Of a DNA stretch of 64,000 bases, positions 1-9,079 are shown piece after piece. A program made the translations under genes and the position numbers. Each line of letters starts with the position of its first letter. The stretch's first letter is position 1. The DNA comes from Kiritimatiellia bacterium (GTDB lineage: Bacteria; Verrucomicrobiota; Kiritimatiellia; RFP12; UBA1067): assembly GCA_045617985.1 (NCBI GenBank), contig JAZLJP010000041.1, forward strand, positions 1,922 to 65,921, given 5' to 3'. The notes below the pieces were generated by a model, which worked only from the letters and a program-made list of their open reading frames with translations, searched no databases and had not been told where the DNA came from.

Positions 1-1146
1 GATGCCCATTTCGTCGCAGAGTTCCAGCACCTGCGGGTCGCACGCGTTGTGCGACGTGCGAAGCGCGTTCACGCCCATGTCCTTCATGATGCGCAGCTGG
101 CGGCGCATGACGCTACGGTTGAAGGCCATGCCGAGCGGCCCGAGATCGGAATGCAGGTCAACGCCGTGGAGCTGCACGCGCCGGCCGTTGAGATGGAAGC
201 CGTCGTCCGGCGGGAAGGCGATCGTGCGGATACCGAAGCGCACCGTCTCCACATCCGCCACCTCGCCCAATTGCTCGGCTGCCACGCCGATACGCGCCAA
301 GTAGAGCGAGGGCGACTCGACGTCCCAAAGCCGCGGCTCGCGCACTTCCACGTCGAACGCGAACGACGCCGCACCATGCGGCGGAAGCGTGTACTTCGTG
401 CCATCCGCCGCAGCGGGCGCCCGCCACCGGCGCGGCGCGCTGTCGCCGGCCGAATCGATGCGGAAGCCGGCCTTGACCGCCGTCGCCACGGCAAGCCGGT
501 TCGTCACCGTGAACGTCACGTGCACGGTTGCGCTCTCCCGGGTCACGCCGGGCGTGGTGATGAACGCACTTCCGGGAACGATGTGCACCGCCGGCGCCGA
601 AACAAGGCGCACCGCGCGATAGAGGCCCGCGCCCGGATACCAGCGCGAACGATGGTCGCGCGTATCGGCCCGAACGGCGAGCGAATTCTCGCCCGCCTGC
701 ACGAACGGCGAAGCATCCACGCGGAAGCTCATGTAGCCGTATTGCCAGCCGCCGGCGCGCTTGCCGTTGATGAAGACCTGCGCATCCGCCATCACGCCGT
801 CGAACTCGAGCCAGAGCGCCCCGCCGGCTTCGACCTGCCGGAACTGCGCGCTCGAGAGGTTGAACGTGCGCCGGTACCAACCCACGCCCCGCCACGGAAG
901 GCGCCCCGTGTGCGTATCGCCCTCCGGCTCGAAGGGCCCGGCAATCGCCCAGTCGTGCGGCACTTCCACCTCGCTCCATCCGGAGTCGTTGAATTTCGCC
1001 GGATAGGCCTCGAGCGTGCCTTGTTCCGTCGTATCGCGCGTAAATTTCCAGCCGCCGCCGCAAAGCGAGGTCACCGTGCGGGCATTCTTCTCGTCGCAAC
1101 CGGCGACGAACGCAGCCAAAGCGAGGATGAGGAGGATTTTCTTCAT
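1..1146 (-). CDS. Glycoside hydrolase family 2-like lipoprotein (beta-galactosidase/glucuronidase type). Only the 5' part is present; the gene runs off the left edge.
   Basis: Not in the ORF track because there is no stop in the window. My own minus-strand translation from ATG 1146-1144 gives MKKILLILALAAFVAGCDEK (lipobox VAGC) ..FNDSGWSEVEVPHDWAIAGPF..WRGVGWYRRTF..LEFDGVMADAQVFINGKRAGGWQYGYMSFRVD..RWYPGAGLYRAVRL..LWDVESPSLY..FHLNGRRVQLHGV..MGVNALRTSHNA. This matches the typical GH2 domain order. The start overlaps the rmlD stop (ATGA). Confidence 0.75.
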   Translation of the reverse strand, partial: MKKILLILALAAFVAGCDEKNARTVTSLCGGGWKFTRDTTEQGTLEAYPAKFNDSGWSEVEVPHDWAIAGPFEPEGDTHTGRLPWRGVGWYRRTFNLSSAQFRQVEAGGALWLEFDGVMADAQVFINGKRAGGWQYGYMSFRVDASPFVQAGENSLAVRADTRDHRSRWYPGAGLYRAVRLVSAPAVHIVPGSAFITTPGVTRESATVHVTFTVTNRLAVATAVKAGFRIDSAGDSAPRRWRAPAAADGTKYTLPPHGAASFAFDVEVREPRLWDVESPSLYLARIGVAAEQLGEVADVETVRFGIRTIAFPPDDGFHLNGRRVQLHGVDLHSDLGPLGMAFNRSVMRRQLRIMKDMGVNALRTSHNACDPQVLELCDEMGI

Positions 1147-2054
1147 ACGTGTTCCATTGTCGTGTTAGGTGAAAGGGAGGCCGAAGGGAATTCCTTCGCC
1201 ACGAAATCCGCAAGAGCCGCCTGCCAGGCGGGCATCGTATAGCCGAGCTTTCCAAGAACGCCCTTCGCGAGCGCCGAGAACGCCGGCCGCGGCGCGGGGC
1301 GCGGAAAGTCCTCGGTGGTACAGGGCTTGAGGGCGCGCGTGAGCCCGAGGAGACGGAAGAGTTCAACCGTGAGGTCGTACCAGCTGCAAACGCCCGTACA
1401 GGTGCCATGCACGATGCCGTGCACCTCGGGATGGTCGAGGAGAAACGCAAGAAGGTCCGCCACCGCGTCCGTAGAGGTGGGATTGCCGCGCTGGTCGTCC
1501 ACCACCTTGAGCGCCTCGCCCGCCGCCCCGCCGAGGCGTGCCATCGTGTGAACGAAACTCGGCCCGCCCGCACCGTAGAGCCAGGCGATGCGTACGATCG
1601 TCGCCTCCGGCAAGAGGTCGAGCACCGACCGTTCGCCTGCGAGCTTGCTCGCGCCGTAGACGGTGCCCGGGTGGGGAAAATCCGTTTCGAGATACCCTTC
1701 TTCCGTCGAGGGCGAAAACGGCGTTTCGCCGGGCGCGGAACCCGCGAATACGTAGTCGGTGGAAATCGCGATGAGCCGCGCGCCGCACGCGCGCGCGGCC
1801 GTCGCCACATTTGCGCTGCCCATGCCGTTCAGGCGGTAGGCCTTTTCGCGTTCGGTTTCGCAGTCGTCAACGCGCGTCATCGCCGCGCAGTGGATCACCA
1901 CATCGGGCGCAAAGGCGGCAAAGGCCGCCGTGAGCGCGGCGCAATCAAGGATATCGGTTTCGGGCAGATCGGCAAGCGCAAGCGTGTGCGCGGCGAGGCG
2001 CCGCTGCAGCGTGCGCCCGAGCATGCCCTTTCCGCCGGTGATGAGAATGCGCAT
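1143..2054 (-). CDS. rmlD: dTDP-4-dehydrorhamnose reductase
   Basis: 303 aa. N-terminus is MRILITGGKGMLG (Rossmann fold), followed by STDYVF, YGASKLAGE (YxxxK) and the typical RmlD length. It lies adjacent to rmlA. Confidence 0.85.
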   Translation of the reverse strand: MRILITGGKGMLGRTLQRRLAAHTLALADLPETDILDCAALTAAFAAFAPDVVIHCAAMTRVDDCETEREKAYRLNGMGSANVATAARACGARLIAISTDYVFAGSAPGETPFSPSTEEGYLETDFPHPGTVYGASKLAGERSVLDLLPEATIVRIAWLYGAGGPSFVHTMARLGGAAGEALKVVDDQRGNPTSTDAVADLLAFLLDHPEVHGIVHGTCTGVCSWYDLTVELFRLLGLTRALKPCTTEDFPRPAPRPAFSALAKGVLGKLGYTMPAWQAALADFVAKEFPSASLSPNTTMEHV

Positions 2055-2060
2055 TCGGAT

Positions 2061-2924
2061 TTACCCCACAAGTTGACGAAGGTAGATGCCGTAGGACGAC
2101 TTGCCGTAGCCGTCAGCCAGGCGATGGAGCTGCGCATCGTCGATCCAGCCGCGCCGCCAGGCGATTTCCTCGATGCAGGAGAGCTGAAGGCCCTGCCGCT
2201 CGACGATTGCGCGCACGAAGTTCGTCGCGTCTGCAAGCGACTGGTGCGTGCCCGTATCGAGCCAGGCGAACCCGCGGCTCATCTGCTTCACCTGGAGGCG
2301 CCCTTGGCGCAGGTATTCGCGGTTGACATCCGTAATCTCATATTCGCCGCGGGCGGACGGCTTGAGCGCGGAAGCGATCTCCACAACGTCGTTCGGATAG
2401 AAGTAGAGCCCCACCACGGCATAGTTCGACTTCGGCTTCGCCGGTTTTTCCTCGATCGTTTCGGCGCGTCCGTCGGCCCCGAAGGAGACAACGCCATAGC
2501 GCTCGGGATCGGCCACACGATAGCCGAAAACGGTCGGCGCGGTACTCGCATTCGCCTCCTTGAGGAGATGCGGCAGCTCTGCCCCGTAGAAGATGTTATC
2601 GCCCAAAACGAGGCAGGCATCGTCGCCGCCGAGAAAGTCGCGCCCCAAAACGAACGCCTGGGCAAGCCCGTTCGGCACTTCCTGCACCTGGTAGGCGAAG
2701 CGCATCCCGAGGTCGGAACCATCGCCGAGAAGCCGCTGAAAATTCGGCAGGTCCTGCGGCGTTGAAATAATGAGCACCTCGCGGATTCCCGCCAGCATGA
2801 GCGTGGAAAGCGGGTAGAAAATCATCGGTTTGTCGTAAACGGGCAGAAGCTGCTTCGAGACAACGCGCGTGAGCGGATGCAAACGCGTTCCCGCACCACC
2901 GGCTAGAATAATGCCTTTTCTCAT
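2061..2924 (-). CDS. rmlA: Glucose-1-phosphate thymidylyltransferase
   Basis: [19 protein letters not shown]...[27 protein letters not shown] is a hallmark RmlA N-terminus. The start was moved to ATG 2924, which is preceded by GGAGGAA. The track ORF start at 3032 is a TTG-initiated extension. Confidence 0.9.
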   Translation of the reverse strand: MRKGIILAGGAGTRLHPLTRVVSKQLLPVYDKPMIFYPLSTLMLAGIREVLIISTPQDLPNFQRLLGDGSDLGMRFAYQVQEVPNGLAQAFVLGRDFLGGDDACLVLGDNIFYGAELPHLLKEANASTAPTVFGYRVADPERYGVVSFGADGRAETIEEKPAKPKSNYAVVGLYFYPNDVVEIASALKPSARGEYEITDVNREYLRQGRLQVKQMSRGFAWLDTGTHQSLADATNFVRAIVERQGLQLSCIEEIAWRRGWIDDAQLHRLADGYGKSSYGIYLRQLVG

Positions 2925-2947
2925 TTTCGTTCCTCCACCTTCTTTTT

Positions 2948-3982
2948 TCACTTCGGCCAATGGCCCGTTTCCTGAAGAATCATCGCCGTCAAATAGACGA
3001 GGAAGCCAACGATCCAGATGGCCCCCTCCCAACGGACGATACGGCCGGGGCGCCCCGGCGCCCGCCAGTTCACGCCAAAGACCGCCAACGCAAGCGTGAA
3101 GAGCGCCATCGCAGGCAGATCACGCGAAATGATGTACCTGCTATAACCGTTGAACGGCGCAATCGTCCCCGCAAGGCCCACTACCGCGAGCATATTGAAA
3201 AGGTTCGAGCCCACGATGTTGCCGATGACGAACTCATGCTCTTTCCGCCGTGCGGAGGCAACCGCACTTGCGAGTTCCGGGAGCGACGTGCCCGCCGCCA
3301 CCACGGTAAGGCCGATGAGAAGCGGAGAGACGCCCAGCACGTCGCGCGCGAAGTCCACGCACCCCCACACGAGCACATGCGAAGAGGCAACGAGGAGCAC
3401 AAGCCCCACAACGAGCAGCGCGAAATCCCCAATACGCGCCTTCGGCCGTGCTGGCGGCGCGGCGGGTGGTTCGGAAGCCCCCCCTTCATCCTTCTTCTTC
3501 GCGCCTTTCACCTGATCGAACCAGCAGTAGAACGGCATGATCACGGCGAAGGCGACGAGAAGGATGACGCCGTTCAGCCGCGCGAAATCCATGTCACGCA
3601 CGAGAAGATACGACAGCGCCGTGACGCCCAAGAGAAGCGGAACGCCGAAAAAGGTCACGGACGGCTTCACCTTGATCGGCCAGATGAGCGCCGCAACGCC
3701 CAGAATCACCGCGAGATTGAACGAACACGAGCCATAGGCATTCCCGAGCGAGAGGTTCGACTGGCCGGCCAACCCCGAGAGAACCGACACCGCAAGCTCC
3801 GGCGCGCTCGTCCCAAAGCCGATGATCACCATGCCCACGATGAGGGGCGAAACGCCAAACGCCCGCGCGAGGCGCGCCGCCGCATCCACAAACCAGTCCG
3901 CACTCTTCGACAAAACGACGAGACCGCCCACAATGAAAACAAGCGAAAGAAAAAATGGAATATTCTGATTCAAATCAAACAT
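2948..3982 (-). CDS. Na+/Ca2+ exchanger family membrane protein (YrbG/CaCA type)
   Basis: 344 aa and polytopic. It has two alpha-repeat motifs, [13 protein letters not shown] and [13 protein letters not shown], plus [10 protein letters not shown], separated by a charged loop. Confidence 0.8.
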   Translation of the reverse strand: MFDLNQNIPFFLSLVFIVGGLVVLSKSADWFVDAAARLARAFGVSPLIVGMVIIGFGTSAPELAVSVLSGLAGQSNLSLGNAYGSCSFNLAVILGVAALIWPIKVKPSVTFFGVPLLLGVTALSYLLVRDMDFARLNGVILLVAFAVIMPFYCWFDQVKGAKKKDEGGASEPPAAPPARPKARIGDFALLVVGLVLLVASSHVLVWGCVDFARDVLGVSPLLIGLTVVAAGTSLPELASAVASARRKEHEFVIGNIVGSNLFNMLAVVGLAGTIAPFNGYSRYIISRDLPAMALFTLALAVFGVNWRAPGRPGRIVRWEGAIWIVGFLVYLTAMILQETGHWPK

Positions 3983-3985
3983 GGA

Positions 3986-4942
3986 TTAGACCTTTCCCGT
4001 CTGGAGCGTCGTCTTAAGAACTTTATCGAGTTTCGGCAACTGCGCGTGCTGAACGATCTTGAACGGCAGCTGCAAACCAAGCGGACGAATGAACCGCATC
4101 ATGCGGCGCGTACGCACATGGATTTCGCCCGGCACGCGCCCAAAGGCGAGAATGGCATCCAGAACGCGCTGCGCATGGTTCTCCCAAAGGCGCTCCAGCC
4201 CCCGCTCCCGACCATCCACGGAAAGCCGCTGCCACACGATCCGCTCGCCCGTCGCCTGATTGACCGCCACGAGCAAGTAGAGAAAACGAGACTTCGGCGG
4301 CGGCGTGTGGAAGTTCGGCAGAAGCACGTAATCAAGCTCCCACACGTCCTTTGGGAAGACGGGGAGCGCCTTCGCCTTCTCGCAGTCGGCCGTTTTGAGC
4401 GTAATGCGCTCCTGCAGCTGCACCACCTCTTCCTGCGGCAAGACGAGCGGCCCGTCGATCCAACGATCGTTCACCACTTCCTTACGCGCGAACATCGCCT
4501 TCTTCTCGACGTAGGCGAGCGGCAGCTCGGGATTCTCCGCAAGCCGCAGGAGGAACCCATAGCATTCGTAGAGAAGCGGCGCGTAGAACGCGCTCTGCTC
4601 CGGCGTGGGCGGTACGGGCAGATACCCCGGCTCGTACAGGAACACTTCAACCCGCCCCATACGCGTACCCACAACCTCGAAATGCGGAATTTCAAGCGGG
4701 CTCATGTAAACGCCGAAATCGGCCACCTGGCGCGAGAGCACATAATCGCGGAATACGTTCAGGCCGGGGAACAGCATCAACCGCCCTTCCACCATGCTCG
4801 GCGCCTTCTCGGCCACGACCGAAGCGATGTAGGGATGTTCGCTTGATTGCGACACGAGCGCCCAATTATGGCGCGCCGCCTTCTCCCAAAGCTTATGCGC
4901 CGCAATCGCCTGCGCGATGTCTCTCAGATTCGTCTTGTCCAT
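3986..4942 (-). CDS. Hypothetical cytoplasmic protein (318 aa)
   Basis: The track ORF 3986..5218 has an Arg-rich N-terminal part that overlaps trxB. The plausible start is ATG 4942 (MDKTNLRDIAQAIAAHKLWEK...). Composition is normal thereafter. No family recognised. Confidence 0.6.
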   Translation of the reverse strand: MDKTNLRDIAQAIAAHKLWEKAARHNWALVSQSSEHPYIASVVAEKAPSMVEGRLMLFPGLNVFRDYVLSRQVADFGVYMSPLEIPHFEVVGTRMGRVEVFLYEPGYLPVPPTPEQSAFYAPLLYECYGFLLRLAENPELPLAYVEKKAMFARKEVVNDRWIDGPLVLPQEEVVQLQERITLKTADCEKAKALPVFPKDVWELDYVLLPNFHTPPPKSRFLYLLVAVNQATGERIVWQRLSVDGRERGLERLWENHAQRVLDAILAFGRVPGEIHVRTRRMMRFIRPLGLQLPFKIVQHAQLPKLDKVLKTTLQTGKV

Positions 4943-4958
4943 CGCCGTTTCGCCCGCC

Positions 4959-5903
4959 TTACATCTCGCCCGAGGCCTGCAGATAGGCCTCGGCCTCCAG
5001 AGCCGCCGCCGCGCCCGCACCGGCCGCGATGACCGCCTGCTTGTAGTAGGGATCGGCGCAGTCGCCCGCTGCAAAGACACCTTCCACGCTCGTACGCTGC
5101 CGCGAAACGACCACATAGCCCGCCGCATCCAAATCGACCTTGCCGGCCAGGAACTTCGTCGTCGGGTCGTGGCCGATCGCCACAAAAGCCCCCGCCGCCG
5201 CCCGCTCCGCGCACTCACCCGTCAGCACGTTCTTGAGGCGCAGAGCCGAAAGCCGCTTCCCATCGCCGAGGAATTCATCTACCACCGTGTTCCAAAGAAC
5301 GGTGATGTTGGCCGTCGCCAAGACACGCTCCGCGAGCACCTTCGACGCCCGGAACCGATCGCGCCGATGGATCACCGTCACGCTCGCACAGAGCCGCGCG
5401 AGATAGAGCGCATCGGCCATCGCCGTATCGCCCCCGCCGATCACCACCACGTCCTTGCCCCTGTAAAAGGCGCCATCGCACGTTGCACATGCGCTGATGC
5501 CGCGGTTGCGGTACTTCGCCTCGCCCGCGAGGCCCGTCCAGCGCGCCGCCGCACCCGTCGCAATGATCAGGGCCCGCGCCGTGATCGTACTGCCCATCAT
5601 CGTCTCCAACCGCTTCGTCGCGCCGGCAAGATCAAGGCCCGTCACCTCGTCCATCAGGAATTGAACGCCGCACCGCTCGGCCTGCTGGCGCATCGCCCCC
5701 ATGAGCGCTGCGCCCCCCACGGGTTCGACAAACCCGGGATAGTTCTCCACGTCGGCCGTCTGAATCAACTGCCCGCCGCTTTGCAGGCCCTCGATGACGA
5801 GCGGCCGCAGATTCGCACGGGCAGCATAGATGGCGGCTGTGAGCCCCGCAGGCCCACTTCCCAAGATGACGACATTACGAACGTCCTGTTCACCAGATTG
5901 CAT
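4959..5903 (-). CDS. trxB: Thioredoxin-disulfide reductase
   Basis: VVILGSGPAGLTAAIYAARA (FAD GxGxxG), the redox-active CATCDG, and VVVIGGGDTAMADALYL (NADPH site). The start was set at MQSGEQD (ATG 5903). Confidence 0.9.
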   Translation of the reverse strand: MQSGEQDVRNVVILGSGPAGLTAAIYAARANLRPLVIEGLQSGGQLIQTADVENYPGFVEPVGGAALMGAMRQQAERCGVQFLMDEVTGLDLAGATKRLETMMGSTITARALIIATGAAARWTGLAGEAKYRNRGISACATCDGAFYRGKDVVVIGGGDTAMADALYLARLCASVTVIHRRDRFRASKVLAERVLATANITVLWNTVVDEFLGDGKRLSALRLKNVLTGECAERAAAGAFVAIGHDPTTKFLAGKVDLDAAGYVVVSRQRTSVEGVFAAGDCADPYYKQAVIAAGAGAAAALEAEAYLQASGEM

Positions 5904-5942
5904 ATTGTCTATTTCTTTTCTCTTCGCTCCAAAAACAGGAAC

Positions 5943-5972
5943 AGTATACCCTTTTCGCCCCAGAATTGTCAA
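5943..5972 (-). promoter_or_regulatory. Sigma70-like promoter candidate upstream of trxB
   Basis: The minus strand reads TTGACA (5972-5967), an 18-nt spacer, then TATACT (5948-5943). This lies about 40 nt upstream of the trxB ATG. Confidence 0.45.
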
Positions 5973-5985
5973 TGAGAAGTTATCG

Positions 5986-8094
5986 TCAGTCCTCGTCCGA
6001 TGCGTTCGGGTCCTTGAGCGAAATGCCCACGTCCTTCAGGCGCAGGGTCACAAGTTCCTCTGCGGACGGGTCCTTGAGCTCCGTCACGCGCAGCGCCTGG
6101 CGCTCTACCGCCTTCTCGAAGAGGTTCCGCGCCCACCGGGCATTCCCGAAGGTGGCCTTTTTCTCCCGCGTGAGCAGCCCAATGAACGGTTCGAGCCAAT
6201 GTTCGACGTCCGGCGAGAGCTTGTAGCGGCCCTTCTTCGCCATCGACCGAAAAATCGCCGCGAGTTCCTTCGTCGTATAATCGGGGAACTCGATCGTGCG
6301 ATTGAATCGGCTCTCAAGCCCCGAATTGATCGCCATGAACTTCTTCATCTCGTTCTTGTAGCCTGCGATGATCACCACCATCGAGCCACGCGCATCTTCC
6401 ATGCGCTTGAGAAGCGTTGCCACGGCCTCGGAACCGTATTGGTCGTGTTCGCCCTGGTTGAGCTGATAGGCCTCGTCGATGAAAAGGATGCCCCCCATCG
6501 CGGAATCGATGAGCTTGTTCGTCTTCGCGGCCGTCTGGCCCTCGTATTTGGCCACGAGCCCCGAACGGTCCGTCTCCACGAAATTCGCGCGGTCCAACAC
6601 GCCAAGCGCCCGAAACGCCTTCCCGAGGATCCGCGCCACCGTGGTCTTGCCCGTGCCGGGATTGCCCGTGAAGACGAAATTATAGCTCATCGTCACGTTA
6701 TTTTCGAGGCCCTTCTCCGCCCGCAGCTTGTTCACCCGCACCGTGGCGACGAGCTTGCGAACCTCCGCCTTGACGGGCCCGAGCCCCGTGAGCGCATCGA
6801 GTTCGGCCAGCACCTCGTCGATCGTCGGCGCGCGCACGTCCTTCTTCTCCTCCTTGAGCGCGAGGTCGGCCAAGGCAAGCGTCGTCAACGCCGCGGAATC
6901 GAGCGTTCCCGCCTTCGCGAGGCGATTGGCCTGGCGCCCCGTTGCATCCTCGAAGAGCTGGCGCACGAAGCGGGCGTTGCCGAACGTTCGATCGCGCTTC
7001 TTCGTGAGTTGCGCGATCGCCGCAGGGAGGCCGGCTTCGAGGTCGGGGGCGAGCGAGAACTGGTTCTTCTTCGCCATCGAACGGAAAATCTGCACGAGTT
7101 CGCCCGTCGTATAGTCGGCAAACTCGATCTGCTTCGCAAACCGGCTGCGCAGGCCCGAATTCGCATCGAGGAAGTCGCGCATTTCGTCCGTATAGCCCGC
7201 CGCGATGACGATGAGCTTGTCGCGCGCATCTTCCATGCGCTTCAAAACGGTGGCAATCGCCTCCTTGCCGTAGCTGTCGTTGTCGCCATTCACGAGCTGA
7301 TAGGCTTCGTCGATGAAAAGGACGCCGCCCGGCGCGCTGTCCATCGCCGCCTGGCGTTCGGCCTCCGTCAGTTCATCGATTTCACCGCGCGCGTTGCGTT
7401 TAAGGGGCAACCCGATCGCCTCGTCGATCTTCTGGTTCGTCTTGACCGCCGTCTCGCCCGTGTAGCGCCCTACAAGGCCCGAGCGGTCCACTTCCACGAG
7501 CCGTGGATTGTGGATGATCCCAAGCGCCACGAACGCCCGCGCGAGAAGGCGCGCAACCGTCGTCTTGCCCGTGCCGGGATTGCCCGTGAAGACCATGTGG
7601 AAGCTCATCGGCGGCACCTTGAGCCCCTGCTGCCGGCGCGCCTCGTTGACGCGCGCGAGGTTCACGAGCTGGTGCACTTCGGCCTTCACGCCCTCAAGGC
7701 CCACAAGCGCATCCAGCTCGGCCAAAACGTCTTCCACCTTTTCCGGCGGCCGCTCGGGCGCGGGTTTCGCAGGCTGTCCCCTCGCGGAGGCCTTTGACGT
7801 TTCCGGCACGTACCTCCTTGGATTTTTCACAAATTCGATCGGGAAAAGGAACGCGAGCGCAAGCGCAAGCACCGCGCCGAGCGGCCCCCATCCCACACGC
7901 AGCCATTTCGGCGTCGTCTCGCTGAAGAGCATCTTCCGCAAGACGTTCATCGGAATCGCCAGAAGCATCATGTTAAAAAGGAACTGCGCCCCCGTATTCG
8001 CCTTGCAACAAAAGAAGACAATCAGGAACAGAACGACCTCAACGCCGCACCCGATCCCCCAATTTTTCCACGTTGCCGTTTTCGCCATTTTCAT
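5986..8094 (-). CDS. Membrane-anchored protein with two tandem CbbX/SpoVK-type AAA+ ATPase domains
   Basis: Two Walker A motifs (FTGNPGTGKTTVARLLARAF and FTGNPGTGKTTVARILGKAF) and two Walker B motifs (LFIDEAYQL, twice). The N-terminal ~100 aa is hydrophobic (2-3 TM). The start is at MKMAK (ATG 8094), preceded by GGAGGAG. Confidence 0.8.
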   Translation of the reverse strand: MKMAKTATWKNWGIGCGVEVVLFLIVFFCCKANTGAQFLFNMMLLAIPMNVLRKMLFSETTPKWLRVGWGPLGAVLALALAFLFPIEFVKNPRRYVPETSKASARGQPAKPAPERPPEKVEDVLAELDALVGLEGVKAEVHQLVNLARVNEARRQQGLKVPPMSFHMVFTGNPGTGKTTVARLLARAFVALGIIHNPRLVEVDRSGLVGRYTGETAVKTNQKIDEAIGLPLKRNARGEIDELTEAERQAAMDSAPGGVLFIDEAYQLVNGDNDSYGKEAIATVLKRMEDARDKLIVIAAGYTDEMRDFLDANSGLRSRFAKQIEFADYTTGELVQIFRSMAKKNQFSLAPDLEAGLPAAIAQLTKKRDRTFGNARFVRQLFEDATGRQANRLAKAGTLDSAALTTLALADLALKEEKKDVRAPTIDEVLAELDALTGLGPVKAEVRKLVATVRVNKLRAEKGLENNVTMSYNFVFTGNPGTGKTTVARILGKAFRALGVLDRANFVETDRSGLVAKYEGQTAAKTNKLIDSAMGGILFIDEAYQLNQGEHDQYGSEAVATLLKRMEDARGSMVVIIAGYKNEMKKFMAINSGLESRFNRTIEFPDYTTKELAAIFRSMAKKGRYKLSPDVEHWLEPFIGLLTREKKATFGNARWARNLFEKAVERQALRVTELKDPSAEELVTLRLKDVGISLKDPNASDED

Positions 8095-8176
8095 TTTCTC
8101 CTCCCGAAATACGTTCCGCCTCAGGCCCAGTTCATTCACAACCTCCGCGGGCGGTCCGTTCAGCGCACGAAGATCG

Positions 8177-8878
8177 TCAGCCCGGACGCGCGAAAATAGA
8201 CGCCATCATCCCTGACGTACGACCGTCCACAAGGCCATAGGCACACCCCGAAACGGGCGTGCCGGTGATTGTCAGCGACTTCGGCGCCTGCGTGATCGGC
8301 GTCGTCGCCTTGATGGCGTAGCGATCGCTGGTCCGGTAGTTTCCCGTCACCGCATAGGCGGTATTCGTCAAATCAAAATAGATCTTGGCCTTGTCCATGT
8401 TGTCACCCCCCAAGGTGGGGGAAATGAGCCGACCGCCGCCCATTCGCAGCTCCGCGATCGCACATTTACGGAAATTGACCGCGGCCTCGCAGGTACCGCC
8501 GATCAACCACACGCGCCCGCCCACAGACGCTCCGCCGTCAAAGAGAAATCCTCCCCCGGTCAACGTCATCAACCCGGAATACACACGGCAGGTCGAGTAT
8601 TCGCCGCGCAGCGCCAGCACTTCCGACTGGACATAACCGCCCTCCACCCACAATTCGGCGGGCATCGCCGCGGTCGTCGCCAGAATTTCAATGTAGCAGT
8701 TGCCGCTGGACTTGTTCACCACCTCGGACCCGCCCGGTTCGACGTGGGTGATGTTGCCCCCGCCAATCGACCAGATGCCGCTGTGGGTTACAGGCGTCGT
8801 GATATGGTATTGCGCCGCCTCGACCGCCAACGCGCAAACAGCGCCAACGATCATCGAAACCATCTTTTTCAAATCCAT
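8177..8878 (-). CDS. Hypothetical secreted Gly-rich protein (233 aa)
   Basis: The start is set at MDLKKMVSMIVGAVCALAVEAAQ (signal-peptide-like). The protein is rich in repeated GGG-containing beta-strand-like segments. The track ORF N-terminal extension to 9064 looks non-coding. Confidence 0.55.
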   Translation of the reverse strand: MDLKKMVSMIVGAVCALAVEAAQYHITTPVTHSGIWSIGGGNITHVEPGGSEVVNKSSGNCYIEILATTAAMPAELWVEGGYVQSEVLALRGEYSTCRVYSGLMTLTGGGFLFDGGASVGGRVWLIGGTCEAAVNFRKCAIAELRMGGGRLISPTLGGDNMDKAKIYFDLTNTAYAVTGNYRTSDRYAIKATTPITQAPKSLTITGTPVSGCAYGLVDGRTSGMMASIFARPG

Positions 8879-9079
8879 TGACTTCCCCTTTCTGAATCGA
8901 ATTTCGTTCATTATATCCCAATACCTGCAGAAAAGCAAATCGAAAATCAATCGGTGGAAGATTCCCAAAGGAGGGGGCCGTTCGAGACGAAACATCCTCG
9001 GTCCGAAGGCGGTTTCGAACTCGAAAACGACGGCCGCTTGCCAACACCCGGCACCAGGTACCAAGCATCAGGCATCGAC

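Noticed and set aside
49-2765. Long ORFs 49..1242(+), 158..1810(-) and 1407..2765(+), which overlap the GH2, rmlD and rmlA genes
   Set aside because: Their translations are Arg/Ala/Pro/Gly-rich with no motifs. They lie antisense to or out of frame with genes that have clear family signatures. These are typical shadow ORFs of high-GC DNA.
3986-5218. N-terminal extensions of track ORFs: 3986..5218, 4959..5972, 8177..9064, 17630..25279, 37164..38600, 39801..41339, 54181..55386 and 56762..62155
   Set aside because: The upstream parts are Arg-rich or overlap neighbouring genes and lack an RBS. Internal ATG or GTG starts with a Shine-Dalgarno sequence or translational coupling, and with proper N-termini (signal peptides, conserved first motifs), were preferred.
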